From contig CAWGWY010000003.1 in NCBI GenBank assembly GCA_963826435.1, positions 17,151-81,150 on the forward strand: DNA of 64,000 nt, given 5' to 3'. This DNA comes from an uncultured Chitinophagaceae bacterium. Lineage in GTDB: Bacteria > Bacteroidota > Bacteroidia > Chitinophagales > Chitinophagaceae. Position numbers and translations under genes: made by a program. This document shows positions 51,305 to 61,011 of this stretch, piece after piece. Position 1 is the stretch's first letter; each line of letters begins with the position of its first letter. Below the pieces are notes generated by a model. That model was not told the DNA's origin. It was given only the letters and a program-made list of their open reading frames with translations, and did not search any database.

Positions 51305-52171
51305 ATGGCAATTGATAATAAATCGAGTTACTCCTATTTGAAAATCCTGTTCAGGCTCATTGCTATCCCCTTGGTTTTTTTTTCCGGTTGTGTAAAAAAA
51401 ACGATTGATACTCCAATTATTTTAGCTGAGTATGCGTTAGGCAGCGGCGGAAATTGTACGGACGCAATTGTGTCGGGAAGGTTCGTGGCCGACACTGCTC
51501 TTACAAGCGCCAATACAGTAACTATAACAGTTGATGTTGCCGTTCCCGGGCCTTATTGGATTACCACCAACACGGTGAATGGAATTTCATTTAGTGACAT
51601 CAATACTTTTACATCAACCGGGCCTCAAACAGCAGTGCTTACGGGAACAGGAACGCCGGTTGATACAGGCACTGTTGAGTTCACGGTAACCCCATTAAAT
51701 GGGTCAGGTGGTAGCTGCACTTTTCCCGTATCAACGGTACAAGGTACTCCTCCGCACTATTATCTGACATGTTTTCTGAACGGAGTTTATAGAAATTTTA
51801 GTGACAGCGCCGGCGCTACCAACAGTAACATTCCGGGAAGCTCCGGTGCGGCAGGCCTTGAGGTGAGCGGTCTCGATACAGTGATGAATTCTGATTCAAA
51901 AATTGACTTTGGTGTTGGAAGTACTGGAAATATTGGTACAGGCATATACGCAGATACGAGCTCTTCGTATGCATATTTTTCTTACGTAGACAGCCTTGCA
52001 CAAACCTGGATGGTACAAAATGCTACCCAGCCAACTTTTACAATTGTTGTAACCGAAGTAAACGCCCGGAATGTGCAAGGTACTTTTAGCGGTACCATCA
52101 AAAATCAACAAGGCAGCCCTACTGATAGCATAGCTGTTACCAATGGGTTATTTAGTGTACCTGTAAAATAA
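51305..52171 (+). CDS. Hypothetical lipoprotein, Thr/Gly-rich beta-sandwich
   Basis: Lipobox FSGC; GPYWI.TNTVNG.SF, G.GTP and GTFSG motifs. Confidence 0.8.
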   Translation: MAIDNKSSYSYLKILFRLIAIPLVFFSGCVKKTIDTPIILAEYALGSGGNCTDAIVSGRFVADTALTSANTVTITVDVAVPGPYWITTNTVNGISFSDINTFTSTGPQTAVLTGTGTPVDTGTVEFTVTPLNGSGGSCTFPVSTVQGTPPHYYLTCFLNGVYRNFSDSAGATNSNIPGSSGAAGLEVSGLDTVMNSDSKIDFGVGSTGNIGTGIYADTSSSYAYFSYVDSLAQTWMVQNATQPTFTIVVTEVNARNVQGTFSGTIKNQQGSPTDSIAVTNGLFSVPVK

Positions 52172-52370
52172 CGATATGAATGTTATTAGCAGAGGGTTTT
52201 ATGAGCAAAAGAGACAGGCAGTTTCACAACTCCAATCAAATTTTGATTTCTATTCTCTTCTATTTGTAAGGGTTCGAGTCACATTACAACTGGGCCAAAG
52301 TATTGTATACAAAAGTGAAGATTTTGTCATTGCATTTTGACGAATAGGACCGAAAGGGGGCATATTAAAG

Positions 52371-52601
52371 TTACTCATGCGCATCAATCGCGTTGCCCAA
52401 CTGCTGCTCGAGATCGTGTACCCATTCCGGTAAGTTCTCACCTTTCATTTTCCATTGATCGTCTTCTCTCATCATCCTGAATTCCCAACGTTTTCCCTCT
52501 TCATCTTTTACATCTACATGATACCCTGTATGCTCTCCAAATTCAAAATGCTGAAAATTATAATGCCTTTCATTTATTACTTTAACGAATAAGCTACCCA
52601 T
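52371..52601 (-). CDS. Small hypothetical protein (76 aa)
   Basis: YHVDV.DE.G.R..F.M and LP.WV...E..L..AI pattern; TAAATTTG promoter element at 52633-52640 on the minus strand. Confidence 0.7.
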   Translation of the reverse strand: MGSLFVKVINERHYNFQHFEFGEHTGYHVDVKDEEGKRWEFRMMREDDQWKMKGENLPEWVHDLEQQLGNAIDAHE

Positions 52602-52900
52602 AATCGTAATTTTTTTTTGAAGGAATTTTTGTCAAATTTAAGATAAGCGGCGCTTACATTGAAGTGGCTTCTCTTCAATCCGGGTAAAAGCATTAGCTGA
52701 CATTTGAATCGTATTCTTTTCCGGTCGTAGATGTACAGGAAATATTTAAATTTGAGGATGCAGTCAAATAATTTATTGATGGATTTAATTGCGGCATTTG
52801 TGGCGCAGTCGTCCCGAAGGCCGGGGATAAATGCCTGTGATAGCATTCCAAAACATGCGGCCGGCCGGGATGCGATAATTATATTATATAATAATAACCA

Positions 52901-55516
52901 ATGACAATAAAAACACTGCTCATTTTAATCCTTCTATGGCAATCGGAATTGTATGCACAAAAAAAGGAACAGGCAAGGATAGATTCCCTGGTGCAGCTAC
53001 TTAAAACCACCAGCCAGGATACTACACGGGTTACTGCCATGAACGCATTGGCTTCCGGGCTGTGGCAAAAAGGCAAGATTGACAGCGCGGTAGAGCTGTT
53101 TTCCGCTGCCCTCCTGCTTTCAAAAAAAATAAATTTCAACCCCGGTGAAGCAAACGCGTACTTCTCACTTGGACAACTTTATGCCGCCGGTGCAAAAACA
53201 GCTGAAGCGTTGCAGAGTTACGAAAATGCTTTGAGCCTGTACGAGCAAATGCGGCACCCCACGGGAATAACAGAGGCCTGTTATGCGATGGGTGCTATAC
53301 ACCAGCGCAGCAATTATGGTGAAGCCCTTCGACTGTTCCAAAGAGCATTAAGCACAGCTCAGCAGGCGGGCGACAAGAACCTCACGGCCAAGGCTGCGTA
53401 TATAATTGCAGTCGTACTAATTCGAAAAGGCGACTACAACGAGGCTCCCCAATACCTGGACCTGGCTATGAAACAGTACTCGGAATCAGCGAATGAAACG
53501 GGCATGGCTAATTGCTATGTCGCCCGCGCAAGAATTAATAATCACCGTGGAAATGTTCAGCAATCGTTGAAAGATAATTATGCAGCTCTGCGCCTTTTTG
53601 AAAAGACCGGAAATAAGGTAGGTATGTATAATGTACATACAGGTCTCGGAAGTATGTACCTGGCTCAGAAGAACTATCCTGAAGCGCTCAACAGCTACCT
53701 GGCTTCTAAAAAAGCCGCCGAAGAGCAAGGCAACAACGAAGTATTGTCCGGCGCATACAACAATGTTGGCAATACATATCTGGAAATGGGAAATTCAGGC
53801 GAGGCCCTGAAAGCTTTTGAAAAGTCTCTCGAACTTGCTGAACTGGCAGGCGATAAAAAAGGAATCGCAACTGCGCAGGGAAACCTCGGTATTATCTACA
53901 GCCAAACAGGTGAAACAACGGAAGCCATAAAACACTACCAGCAAACTATAGCGATATACGAGCAAATTGGAGCCAGGGAAGGCATGAGTATTGGGTATTT
54001 GGAGATTGGCAAGGTTTACTTCAACCTGGAAAAACCTGGTGTAAGCAGGGAGTGGTTAAATAAGGCCCTTCGGGTCGCAAAAGAAATTGACCACAAGGAT
54101 GTGATAAGTCAATCATACCTGGTGCTTACAAAAATTGACTCTTCTGAAGCGGATTATGTTTCTGCGCTTGAGCATTACAGGCTCCATATAATCTATCGGG
54201 ACAGCATCACCAATGCGGAAGCGGCAAAGAATCTCATCGAACAAAAGATGGAGTATTCATTTTCTAAGAAAGAAGATTCAATGCGGCTGCAACAGGCACT
54301 GATTGCGGAAAAGCTGGAAAAGCAAACACTGGTCACAAACCAGCAGCAACAGGAGCTCAGGCTGAAGCAGGCGTCTCTTGAACTGGCCAGAAAAGAAAAA
54401 GATGTGCAAATGCTCAGCTTCTTAAAAGCGCAGGCAGAACTGCAACTGGGTAATGAGCAAAAAGAAAAGAAGCTGGCACTAGCAGAACAGGAAAAAGCGT
54501 TGCAGGAGTCGAGGCTTGAAAAGCAAACATTGCTCTCGACGCAAAAAGAACAGACGCTGTTGCTTAAGGACAAAGAATTAACGGCGCAACGATCCCAGCG
54601 TAACTTTTGGATCGCCGGGGCCATAGCTTTGTTTTTACTTTCCTTTTTCATTTTTCTCAACTATCGCAATCAGCGGCGGGCCAACACAAGGCTGGAACAG
54701 CAGCAGGTAAAAACAAAGCAGGCATTGAAAGAATTAAAGTCCACACAGGCACAGTTGATTCAATCCGAAAAGATGGCCTCCCTGGGAGAACTAACTACAG
54801 GCATAGCGCACGAAATTCAAAATCCTTTGAACTTCGTTAACAACTTCTCCGAATTGAATAATGAAATGCTGGAGGAAATGAGCCAGGAACTTCAATCCGG
54901 TAAATTTGAAGATGCGATCTCTGTAGCGGATCTTATCAAAGAAAACAATTCAAAAATTAATCATCATGGTAAACGTGCGGATGCTATCGTAAAAGGAATG
55001 TTGCAACACTCAAGGCCGGGGAGCAGAAGCAAAGAGCCTGCCGACATCAATAAGTTAGTGGATGAATACCTTCGTTTAAGTTATCATGGATTAAGAGCTA
55101 AAGACAAAGATTTTACTGCAAACTTTACAACGGACTTTGATGAGAATATTGGCGCCATAGAAATAGTATCTCAGGACATAGGGAGCGTGTTATTGAACTT
55201 ATACAACAATGCTTTTTATGCAGTGAATGAAAAAAAGAAATTACTCAATGCTCCGTTTGAACCAACGGTTACGGTTACCACAAAAAAATCAGGTGATAAG
55301 ATAGAAATATCGGTCAGGGATAACGGAACCGGTATTCCGCAAAAAGCATTGGATAAAATATATCAGCCATTCTTCACAACAAAACCAACCGGGCAGGGAA
55401 CGGGACTGGGATTAAGTTTAAGCTATGATATTATAAAAGCTCACGGAGGAGCGCTAAAAGTAGAAACGGAGGAAGGGGAATTCGCTGAGTTTATAATTCA
55501 ATTACCGCTAACATAA
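52901..55516 (+). CDS. TPR-repeat sensor histidine kinase (NtrB-like HisKA + HATPase)
   Basis: Signal peptide, multiple TPRs, coiled coil, TM helix, then EKMASLGEL..GIAHEIQNPLN, DNG.GI and PFFTTKP.G.GTGLGLS. Confidence 0.93.
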   Translation: MTIKTLLILILLWQSELYAQKKEQARIDSLVQLLKTTSQDTTRVTAMNALASGLWQKGKIDSAVELFSAALLLSKKINFNPGEANAYFSLGQLYAAGAKTAEALQSYENALSLYEQMRHPTGITEACYAMGAIHQRSNYGEALRLFQRALSTAQQAGDKNLTAKAAYIIAVVLIRKGDYNEAPQYLDLAMKQYSESANETGMANCYVARARINNHRGNVQQSLKDNYAALRLFEKTGNKVGMYNVHTGLGSMYLAQKNYPEALNSYLASKKAAEEQGNNEVLSGAYNNVGNTYLEMGNSGEALKAFEKSLELAELAGDKKGIATAQGNLGIIYSQTGETTEAIKHYQQTIAIYEQIGAREGMSIGYLEIGKVYFNLEKPGVSREWLNKALRVAKEIDHKDVISQSYLVLTKIDSSEADYVSALEHYRLHIIYRDSITNAEAAKNLIEQKMEYSFSKKEDSMRLQQALIAEKLEKQTLVTNQQQQELRLKQASLELARKEKDVQMLSFLKAQAELQLGNEQKEKKLALAEQEKALQESRLEKQTLLSTQKEQTLLLKDKELTAQRSQRNFWIAGAIALFLLSFFIFLNYRNQRRANTRLEQQQVKTKQALKELKSTQAQLIQSEKMASLGELTTGIAHEIQNPLNFVNNFSELNNEMLEEMSQELQSGKFEDAISVADLIKENNSKINHHGKRADAIVKGMLQHSRPGSRSKEPADINKLVDEYLRLSYHGLRAKDKDFTANFTTDFDENIGAIEIVSQDIGSVLLNLYNNAFYAVNEKKKLLNAPFEPTVTVTTKKSGDKIEISVRDNGTGIPQKALDKIYQPFFTTKPTGQGTGLGLSLSYDIIKAHGGALKVETEEGEFAEFIIQLPLT

Positions 55517-55583
55517 AATATCGCGTCTGATTTCCAGGCCAGGATTTTTTATTCAAATTGTTCCCGGTAAATAATAAGAAAAG

Positions 55584-55658
55584 TGGGTTGTGCCGGGCTC
55601 GAACCGGCGACCCTCACGTTGTCGACGTGATGCTCTAAACCAACTGAGCTAACAACCC
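55584..55658 (-). tRNA. tRNA-Val (GAC)
   Basis: GGGTTGT acceptor stem pairs with ACAACCC; D arm GCTC/GAGC; anticodon arm TCACG-TCGACAA-CGTGA; T loop TTCGAGC; A73; CCA not encoded. Confidence 0.92.
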
Positions 55659-55772
55659 TTTCGTATGTGTGATCCCTGCCTTATTTAATACAAAGCATTG
55701 TTAGTTTTATCCTTCTCCAAATTTTCTTACCCACGGAAAGTATTGGAGGCGGAACAACTTTTTAATGCCCTG

Positions 55773-55845
55773 AGCCAACTATCGGATTCGAACCGACGAC
55801 CCTTTCATTACGAATGAAATGCTCTGCCAGCTGAGCTAAGTTGGC
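55773..55845 (-). tRNA. tRNA-Thr (CGT)
   Basis: GCCAACT/AGTTGGC acceptor stem; anticodon arm TTTCA-TTCGTAA-TGAAA; T loop TTCGAAT. Confidence 0.95.
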
Positions 55846-55864
55846 GCTTTTTTCCCGGTTGGTA

Positions 55865-55872
55865 CAAAGTTA
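55865..55872 (-). promoter_or_regulatory. Bacteroidota -7 promoter element for the tRNA pair
   Basis: Minus strand TAACTTTG, 20 bp upstream of tRNA-Thr. Confidence 0.65.
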
Positions 55873-56137
55873 TTTTTGCGCAAGATCCTATTGTTACCCT
55901 AAAAACCTGCAATTTTATAAAAATAATTTCTTGCGTTTATAAAAATTATCAGGGCTAATATAATTTAGATTTTTTAATGGTAGCTTTATTTCGTTCTCAT
56001 TACAAGCGGTGTTTGCACTCAAAAGGCAGATTTTATTCATTTAGTCCTAAAGGGGTTTTAAATCATCGCGGTTAAAACTAAAAATAAATCCAACCAAAAA
56101 ACGTTAGTCAGTCATACCATTTCTCACATTATTTCCA

Positions 56138-56992
56138 ATGAATAAATTATTTTTTGCTTTTTGTCTTTTTCCTTTTATAACAACAGCCCAGAATTTTCAT
56201 TTCTCCGGGCGGCTTGGTCTTGCTAACTACCAGGGCGACCTGAAGGCCAGGGCTGTTTCCTTATCGCAGGCAAAATTAATGGGGTCCATTGGCGCACGGT
56301 ATGACCTGAGTGAGCACATCACCGCAAGAAGTTATATAACTTTTACATCTCTGCAGGCCGATGATAAAAAAGGAACTTCTGTGATGCAGCAGCGCAATCT
56401 TAATTTCAAGTCAAAGATTTTAGATTGGGAACTGACAGCTCAGTATAGCTTTTTTAATCTCAATGACCGTTGGTGGACACCGTATATATTCGCCGGCGTC
56501 GGTATTTATAACTTCAATCCCTATACAAAAGATACCAGTGGTAAGAAATATTTTCTCCAGCCGCTGAGCACAGAAGGCCAGGGATTTACACCAGGTATCA
56601 AAAATTATAAACTCACTCAATTCAGTGTTCCCATTGGGTTTGGGGCGGAGTACTCCCTCAATGAAGACATGCGGATAGGAATTGAATTTGGATATCGCAA
56701 AATCTTTACCGACTACTTAGATGATGTCAGCGATGTGTACGTAGACCAGGCCAGCCTGCAAAGTGCAAGAGGAGCAAAAGCTGTTGAGCTGGCTTACCGG
56801 GGCAATGAAGTACAGGCCGGTAGCTACCCTGCAGCGGGCGTCGATCGCGGCAACCCGGGAAATAAGGACGGCTATTATTATATCGCGTTAACCTACACCG
56901 TTCGCTATTTTTTTGACAAATACAAACAGATAGCCGGGCTTGCTTCATTTAAGAAAGATAAAAGAGTTGGCTGCCCGGCTTCAAGGCAGTAA
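56138..56992 (+). CDS. DUF6089 family outer-membrane beta-barrel (PorG-like)
   Basis: NYQGDL, RNL.F.S, PY.F.G.G...FNP, L.PL.TEGQG, FTDYLDDVS and RGNP..KD.Y motifs. Confidence 0.8.
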   Translation: MNKLFFAFCLFPFITTAQNFHFSGRLGLANYQGDLKARAVSLSQAKLMGSIGARYDLSEHITARSYITFTSLQADDKKGTSVMQQRNLNFKSKILDWELTAQYSFFNLNDRWWTPYIFAGVGIYNFNPYTKDTSGKKYFLQPLSTEGQGFTPGIKNYKLTQFSVPIGFGAEYSLNEDMRIGIEFGYRKIFTDYLDDVSDVYVDQASLQSARGAKAVELAYRGNEVQAGSYPAAGVDRGNPGNKDGYYYIALTYTVRYFFDKYKQIAGLASFKKDKRVGCPASRQ

Positions 56993-57104
56993 TGATCTTT
57001 GCTGCAACCTTCTGGCTCTTTTCCCTGGTTTAATTTCATTTGATTAATAATGATTACTGACTTGTTGGGGCTGCAACCCGGAAAAAACCTTTTAGCATGC
57101 TTAC

Positions 57105-59084
57105 CTAAATTTTGGGCCTTTGAATTCTCACGGCATTCATTATTGCTAATAAAGCAACCCCGACATCCGCGACCACAGCCTCCCACAAGGTCGCAATTCC
57201 GCCCGCTCCCAGGATAAGTACTATAACTTTCACCACCATCGCCAGCGAGATATTTTGCCAAACAATATTTCTTGTGATCTTTCCAATTTTAATGGCTGAT
57301 ACAATTTTTGATGGCTGGTCGTTCTGAATTACTACATCTGCAGTTTCAATAGTTGCATCGCTACCAAGGCCACCCATGGCAATGCCCACATCTGCCAAAG
57401 CAATTACCGGCGCATCATTTACACCGTCGCCTGCAAAAGCAACTCTTCTGCCTTCATTTTTTAGCTGTTGTACTTTTTCAACTTTACTTTCCGGTAACAA
57501 ATCACCAAATGCTTTATCAATTCCAAGCGTTTTTGCGAATTGATCTACCACAGTTTGTTTGTCCCCGGATAACATTACTGTTTTCAAATTCAACTTGTGC
57601 ATTTCTTTTATTGCCTGCTTTGCATCTTCTTTTATTTCATCTGCTATGGTAATATGACCTGCATAAGAATTATTAACCGCTACCACAACGATAGTGTCAA
57701 CCACCTGCTCTAATCCTTTCGGGTAATCAATCTTAAACTTTTGCAGCAGTTTTATATTTCCCGCCACTACTTCTTTACCATCTATTTTTCCTTTTAAACC
57801 ATGACCAGCAATTTCTTCTACGCCTTCAACTTTTAGATCGTCCTTTGAAATGCCTGCATATTCCGTAACAGCTTTTGCAATGGGGTGTGTCGAGTGCTGC
57901 TCCAAGGCTGAAGTAAATTTCATTAGTTCCTTTTTACTTATATTATTAGGTACTACCTGTTGTACTTTAAAAACCCCTTTAGTAAGTGTCCCTGTCTTAT
58001 CCATCACAACAGTATTAATTTTCGTCATTACATCTAAAAAATTGCCACCCTTAAAAAGTATCCCATTTCTTGATGCCAAACCAATACCCCCGAAATAGCC
58101 CAATGGAATAGAAACTACTAACGCACACGGGCAACTGATGACCAGGAATACCAACGCTCTGTAAAACCAAACATCAAAAACATAATTATCTGCAAAGAAG
58201 TAAGGAATCAAACACACGGCCAGCGCCAGGAAAAATACTATGGGCGTATAAACTTTTGCGAACCTCGAAATGAATAGTTGCGTTTGTGATTTCCTTGCGG
58301 TGGCATCCTGTACCATTTCTAAAATGCGGCTAAGCTTACTATCTTTAAATGAGGCCGTCACTTTTATTTCTGCAATAATATTCAGGTTTATCATACCTGC
58401 GTAAATGGCTTCACCTTTATATTTTGTATCGGGCTTGCTTTCACCGGTTAATGCTGCGGTATTGAAAGATGCATTTTCCGAAATTAACTCTCCATCCAAG
58501 GCAACTTTTTCGCCATGCTTTACCTGTACGCTTTCTCCCGATTTTACACTGGCTGGATCTGTAACCTCCTGCCGGCCATTTCTCAAGACGGTAACTTTAT
58601 CGGGCCTTATATCTAATAGCGCTTTTATGTTTCTCTTCGCTTTGCTCACTGCTGAATCCTGGAACCATTCACCTATGCAGTAAAATACCATTACCGCAAC
58701 ACCTTCGCTGTAAGCGCCGATATAAAAAGCCCCCAATGTTGCTACACTCATTAAAACAAATTCATTAAAGATGTCTCCACGCTTCGCTTTTCTGAAAGCA
58801 AGGTCAAGCACCCTCCACCCGGCTAAAACTAACCCTGCAAAATAGATGGAGAAGTTTAACCATTGAATTGGTACAATATTAAATCCGAACTCCAACGTTA
58901 GCATTATTATCAGGATTAGTAATGCAATTAATAAATCCCCGTGAGACTTCCAGGCCGCAGTTTCGCCTCCGTGATCGCGGCCATCGTCATGTGTTTGTTT
59001 ATCTTTTGAACCGTTTCCAGGTTTTATTTCCAAGGCATCTTTTTGCAATTTTTTTTCTTGTGATATCTCGTGTATGTTTTCCAT
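57105..59084 (-). CDS. zntA: Heavy-metal P1B-type ATPase (Zn/Cd/Pb, P1B-2-like)
   Basis: TGES, SCPCAL, DKTGT, HP and GDGVND motifs; conserved Lys and Asp (ADVG) in the last TM helices. Confidence 0.9.
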   Translation of the reverse strand: MENIHEISQEKKLQKDALEIKPGNGSKDKQTHDDGRDHGGETAAWKSHGDLLIALLILIIMLTLEFGFNIVPIQWLNFSIYFAGLVLAGWRVLDLAFRKAKRGDIFNEFVLMSVATLGAFYIGAYSEGVAVMVFYCIGEWFQDSAVSKAKRNIKALLDIRPDKVTVLRNGRQEVTDPASVKSGESVQVKHGEKVALDGELISENASFNTAALTGESKPDTKYKGEAIYAGMINLNIIAEIKVTASFKDSKLSRILEMVQDATARKSQTQLFISRFAKVYTPIVFFLALAVCLIPYFFADNYVFDVWFYRALVFLVISCPCALVVSIPLGYFGGIGLASRNGILFKGGNFLDVMTKINTVVMDKTGTLTKGVFKVQQVVPNNISKKELMKFTSALEQHSTHPIAKAVTEYAGISKDDLKVEGVEEIAGHGLKGKIDGKEVVAGNIKLLQKFKIDYPKGLEQVVDTIVVVAVNNSYAGHITIADEIKEDAKQAIKEMHKLNLKTVMLSGDKQTVVDQFAKTLGIDKAFGDLLPESKVEKVQQLKNEGRRVAFAGDGVNDAPVIALADVGIAMGGLGSDATIETADVVIQNDQPSKIVSAIKIGKITRNIVWQNISLAMVVKVIVLILGAGGIATLWEAVVADVGVALLAIMNAVRIQRPKI

Positions 59085-59086
59085 AA

Positions 59087-59701
59087 TTATTGAATAAAAA
59101 ATGTGATGATGCCGGTAACTACCAATGTAAGCCCGGTGATGATTCCTGCATTGTGCTCTAATGAATGCCAGTTAAGTTTTAGCAACCCTTTATATGCAAG
59201 TCTTACTAACATTACCATACCCGCAGTTGTAATTAATAAATACAGTAAAGCGATAAGCCAGGTAAGCCAGCCGGGGTATGCTCCCGCCAGTAAAAAGTAA
59301 GCCTCGATCTCCATGCAGGGGGAAAAGATCATGGCGATTACCAATGCAGTAATAGTTGCCTTTTTTGTTTTCTTCTTTTTTAGTTCACCATTTACATGAA
59401 AATGTTTATGTCTATGATGGCGGTAAATAAAAAATAAGCCCATTAAAATAAGAATGGCAGGCGCAATAATCGTTGTAAAATGTTGCAGGTTATTTCCCAA
59501 TTTTTTGCCTACGAGCGCCAAAATAAGTCCTATAATAATAGTACTGGTTCCATGCGCCACTGCGCTGATAAAAGTTACTTCCGTAACTTCCTTTACTGTC
59601 CATTCTTCTTTTCTGCCAATAGCAATTACAGGTAGCCAATGATTAGGAATTACTGCATGAAGCAAGCTGATAATTAAAGCGCCTGTTATGATTGAATACA
59701 T
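59087..59701 (-). CDS. His-containing membrane protein, NiCoT/RcnA-like metal transporter
   Basis: HAVIPNHW, AHG, HHRHKHFH loop and SPC motifs; about 6 TM helices; inside the metal operon. Confidence 0.65.
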   Translation of the reverse strand: MYSIITGALIISLLHAVIPNHWLPVIAIGRKEEWTVKEVTEVTFISAVAHGTSTIIIGLILALVGKKLGNNLQHFTTIIAPAILILMGLFFIYRHHRHKHFHVNGELKKKKTKKATITALVIAMIFSPCMEIEAYFLLAGAYPGWLTWLIALLYLLITTAGMVMLVRLAYKGLLKLNWHSLEHNAGIITGLTLVVTGIITFFIQ

Positions 59702-59782
59702 AAATGTTTTATTTATAGCTTATTCCGATAAATAAAATAGTCTTCCGCATAATTTATATGTATAATTTCTTGTTCTCAATTG

Positions 59783-61006
59783 TCATTCCTCGTGTTCGGT
59801 ATTGGTCATTTTTGCAAGGGCAAAAAATGCACCTTTCGTTATGATTTTTGTATCCGGTGGAAGTGCATTCAGCAGCGTCACTTCAGTATAACCTATATCG
59901 GATCCGCCTTTTACTACCGCTACTCTTTCAAAAATCAGATCCTGTTCATCATTGGATGCCTGTTTATTACTTTCATTTTCTTCCGTACCAGGGTTCTCCT
60001 CATCAGGCTGGTTTTTGTTTGATAACGCGAAAATATAATCCTGTCCCTGGTAAGTAACAATTGCATCTGCCGGCACGGCGGGAACCACACTTTCGCCTAT
60101 GCTGATTACCGCGGTAATATTCATGCCTTCGATCAATCCCGTTTTATCTCCTTTTACAATTGCATGGACGGGAATGGTCTTACTTTCACTGGCAAAGGCA
60201 GTGCCGATAGAATAGATCTGTGCATCATATTCTTTTCCGGGGTTATTGGTTAGTGTGAAGTGAATGGTTTGGTTGTCCCGCAGGCGGGGCAAATCTTTTT
60301 CATAAACAAATAAATCAAGGTGCAGTTGAGAGTTATTTACAATTGCTGCAATCGGCGTTGAGGGGGTAACGTTAGAACCTATTTGTGCTGACACGTTGCT
60401 AATCGTGCCACTAATGGGAGCAGTAACACTAACAGTTGTGATTATGGTTCCTTTAAGTACACTTGCTGAAGATATACCCATCGCACCCAATTGTTTTTGC
60501 AGGGAATTTCGTGTAGCCTTTAGAGTTGTTAGTTCTGTTTGAACCCTTTGCACATTTTTTAATGGTGCCGCATTGCCTTCCACCAACTCTTTTTGCCTTT
60601 TGTATTCAATTTCGCCGAGATTTATTTGTGCATCCACTGTTTGCAACTGCTGTTGCAGCCCGGCTATATCAGGATTAATTATTGTTGCCAGCAACTGGCC
60701 TTTGCGAACAAAATCTCCGGGCTGTATAAGCAACGTTTTAATGATCCCGTTATTTATGGAAGTAACAAACGCTTTATTTTGGTTAGGCACGCTAAGCATC
60801 CCGTTTGACTTTATGGAGGACTGTAAATTCTTTTGTTCAACAATGCCTAATTGTATGTCAGCAGTTTTCATTTGCAGGCGGGTTAAAGTAACCATATTAT
60901 TTGCAAGTTCTTCATGATGTTCTTCTTGCTGTACAGGCTCGGTTGTAGTACTGCTACAGGAATTGAGAACCACGATTATTATAAGAATTGAAAAAAATCT
61001 TTTCAT
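59783..61006 (-). CDS. czcB: RND efflux periplasmic adaptor, CzcB family
   Basis: Lipobox LNSC, EEHHEE, GDFVRKGQ.L and APISG lipoyl-like halves, VP..A motif. Confidence 0.88.
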   Translation of the reverse strand: MKRFFSILIIIVVLNSCSSTTTEPVQQEEHHEELANNMVTLTRLQMKTADIQLGIVEQKNLQSSIKSNGMLSVPNQNKAFVTSINNGIIKTLLIQPGDFVRKGQLLATIINPDIAGLQQQLQTVDAQINLGEIEYKRQKELVEGNAAPLKNVQRVQTELTTLKATRNSLQKQLGAMGISSASVLKGTIITTVSVTAPISGTISNVSAQIGSNVTPSTPIAAIVNNSQLHLDLFVYEKDLPRLRDNQTIHFTLTNNPGKEYDAQIYSIGTAFASESKTIPVHAIVKGDKTGLIEGMNITAVISIGESVVPAVPADAIVTYQGQDYIFALSNKNQPDEENPGTEENESNKQASNDEQDLIFERVAVVKGGSDIGYTEVTLLNALPPDTKIITKGAFFALAKMTNTEHEE

Positions 61007-61011
61007 AATAA

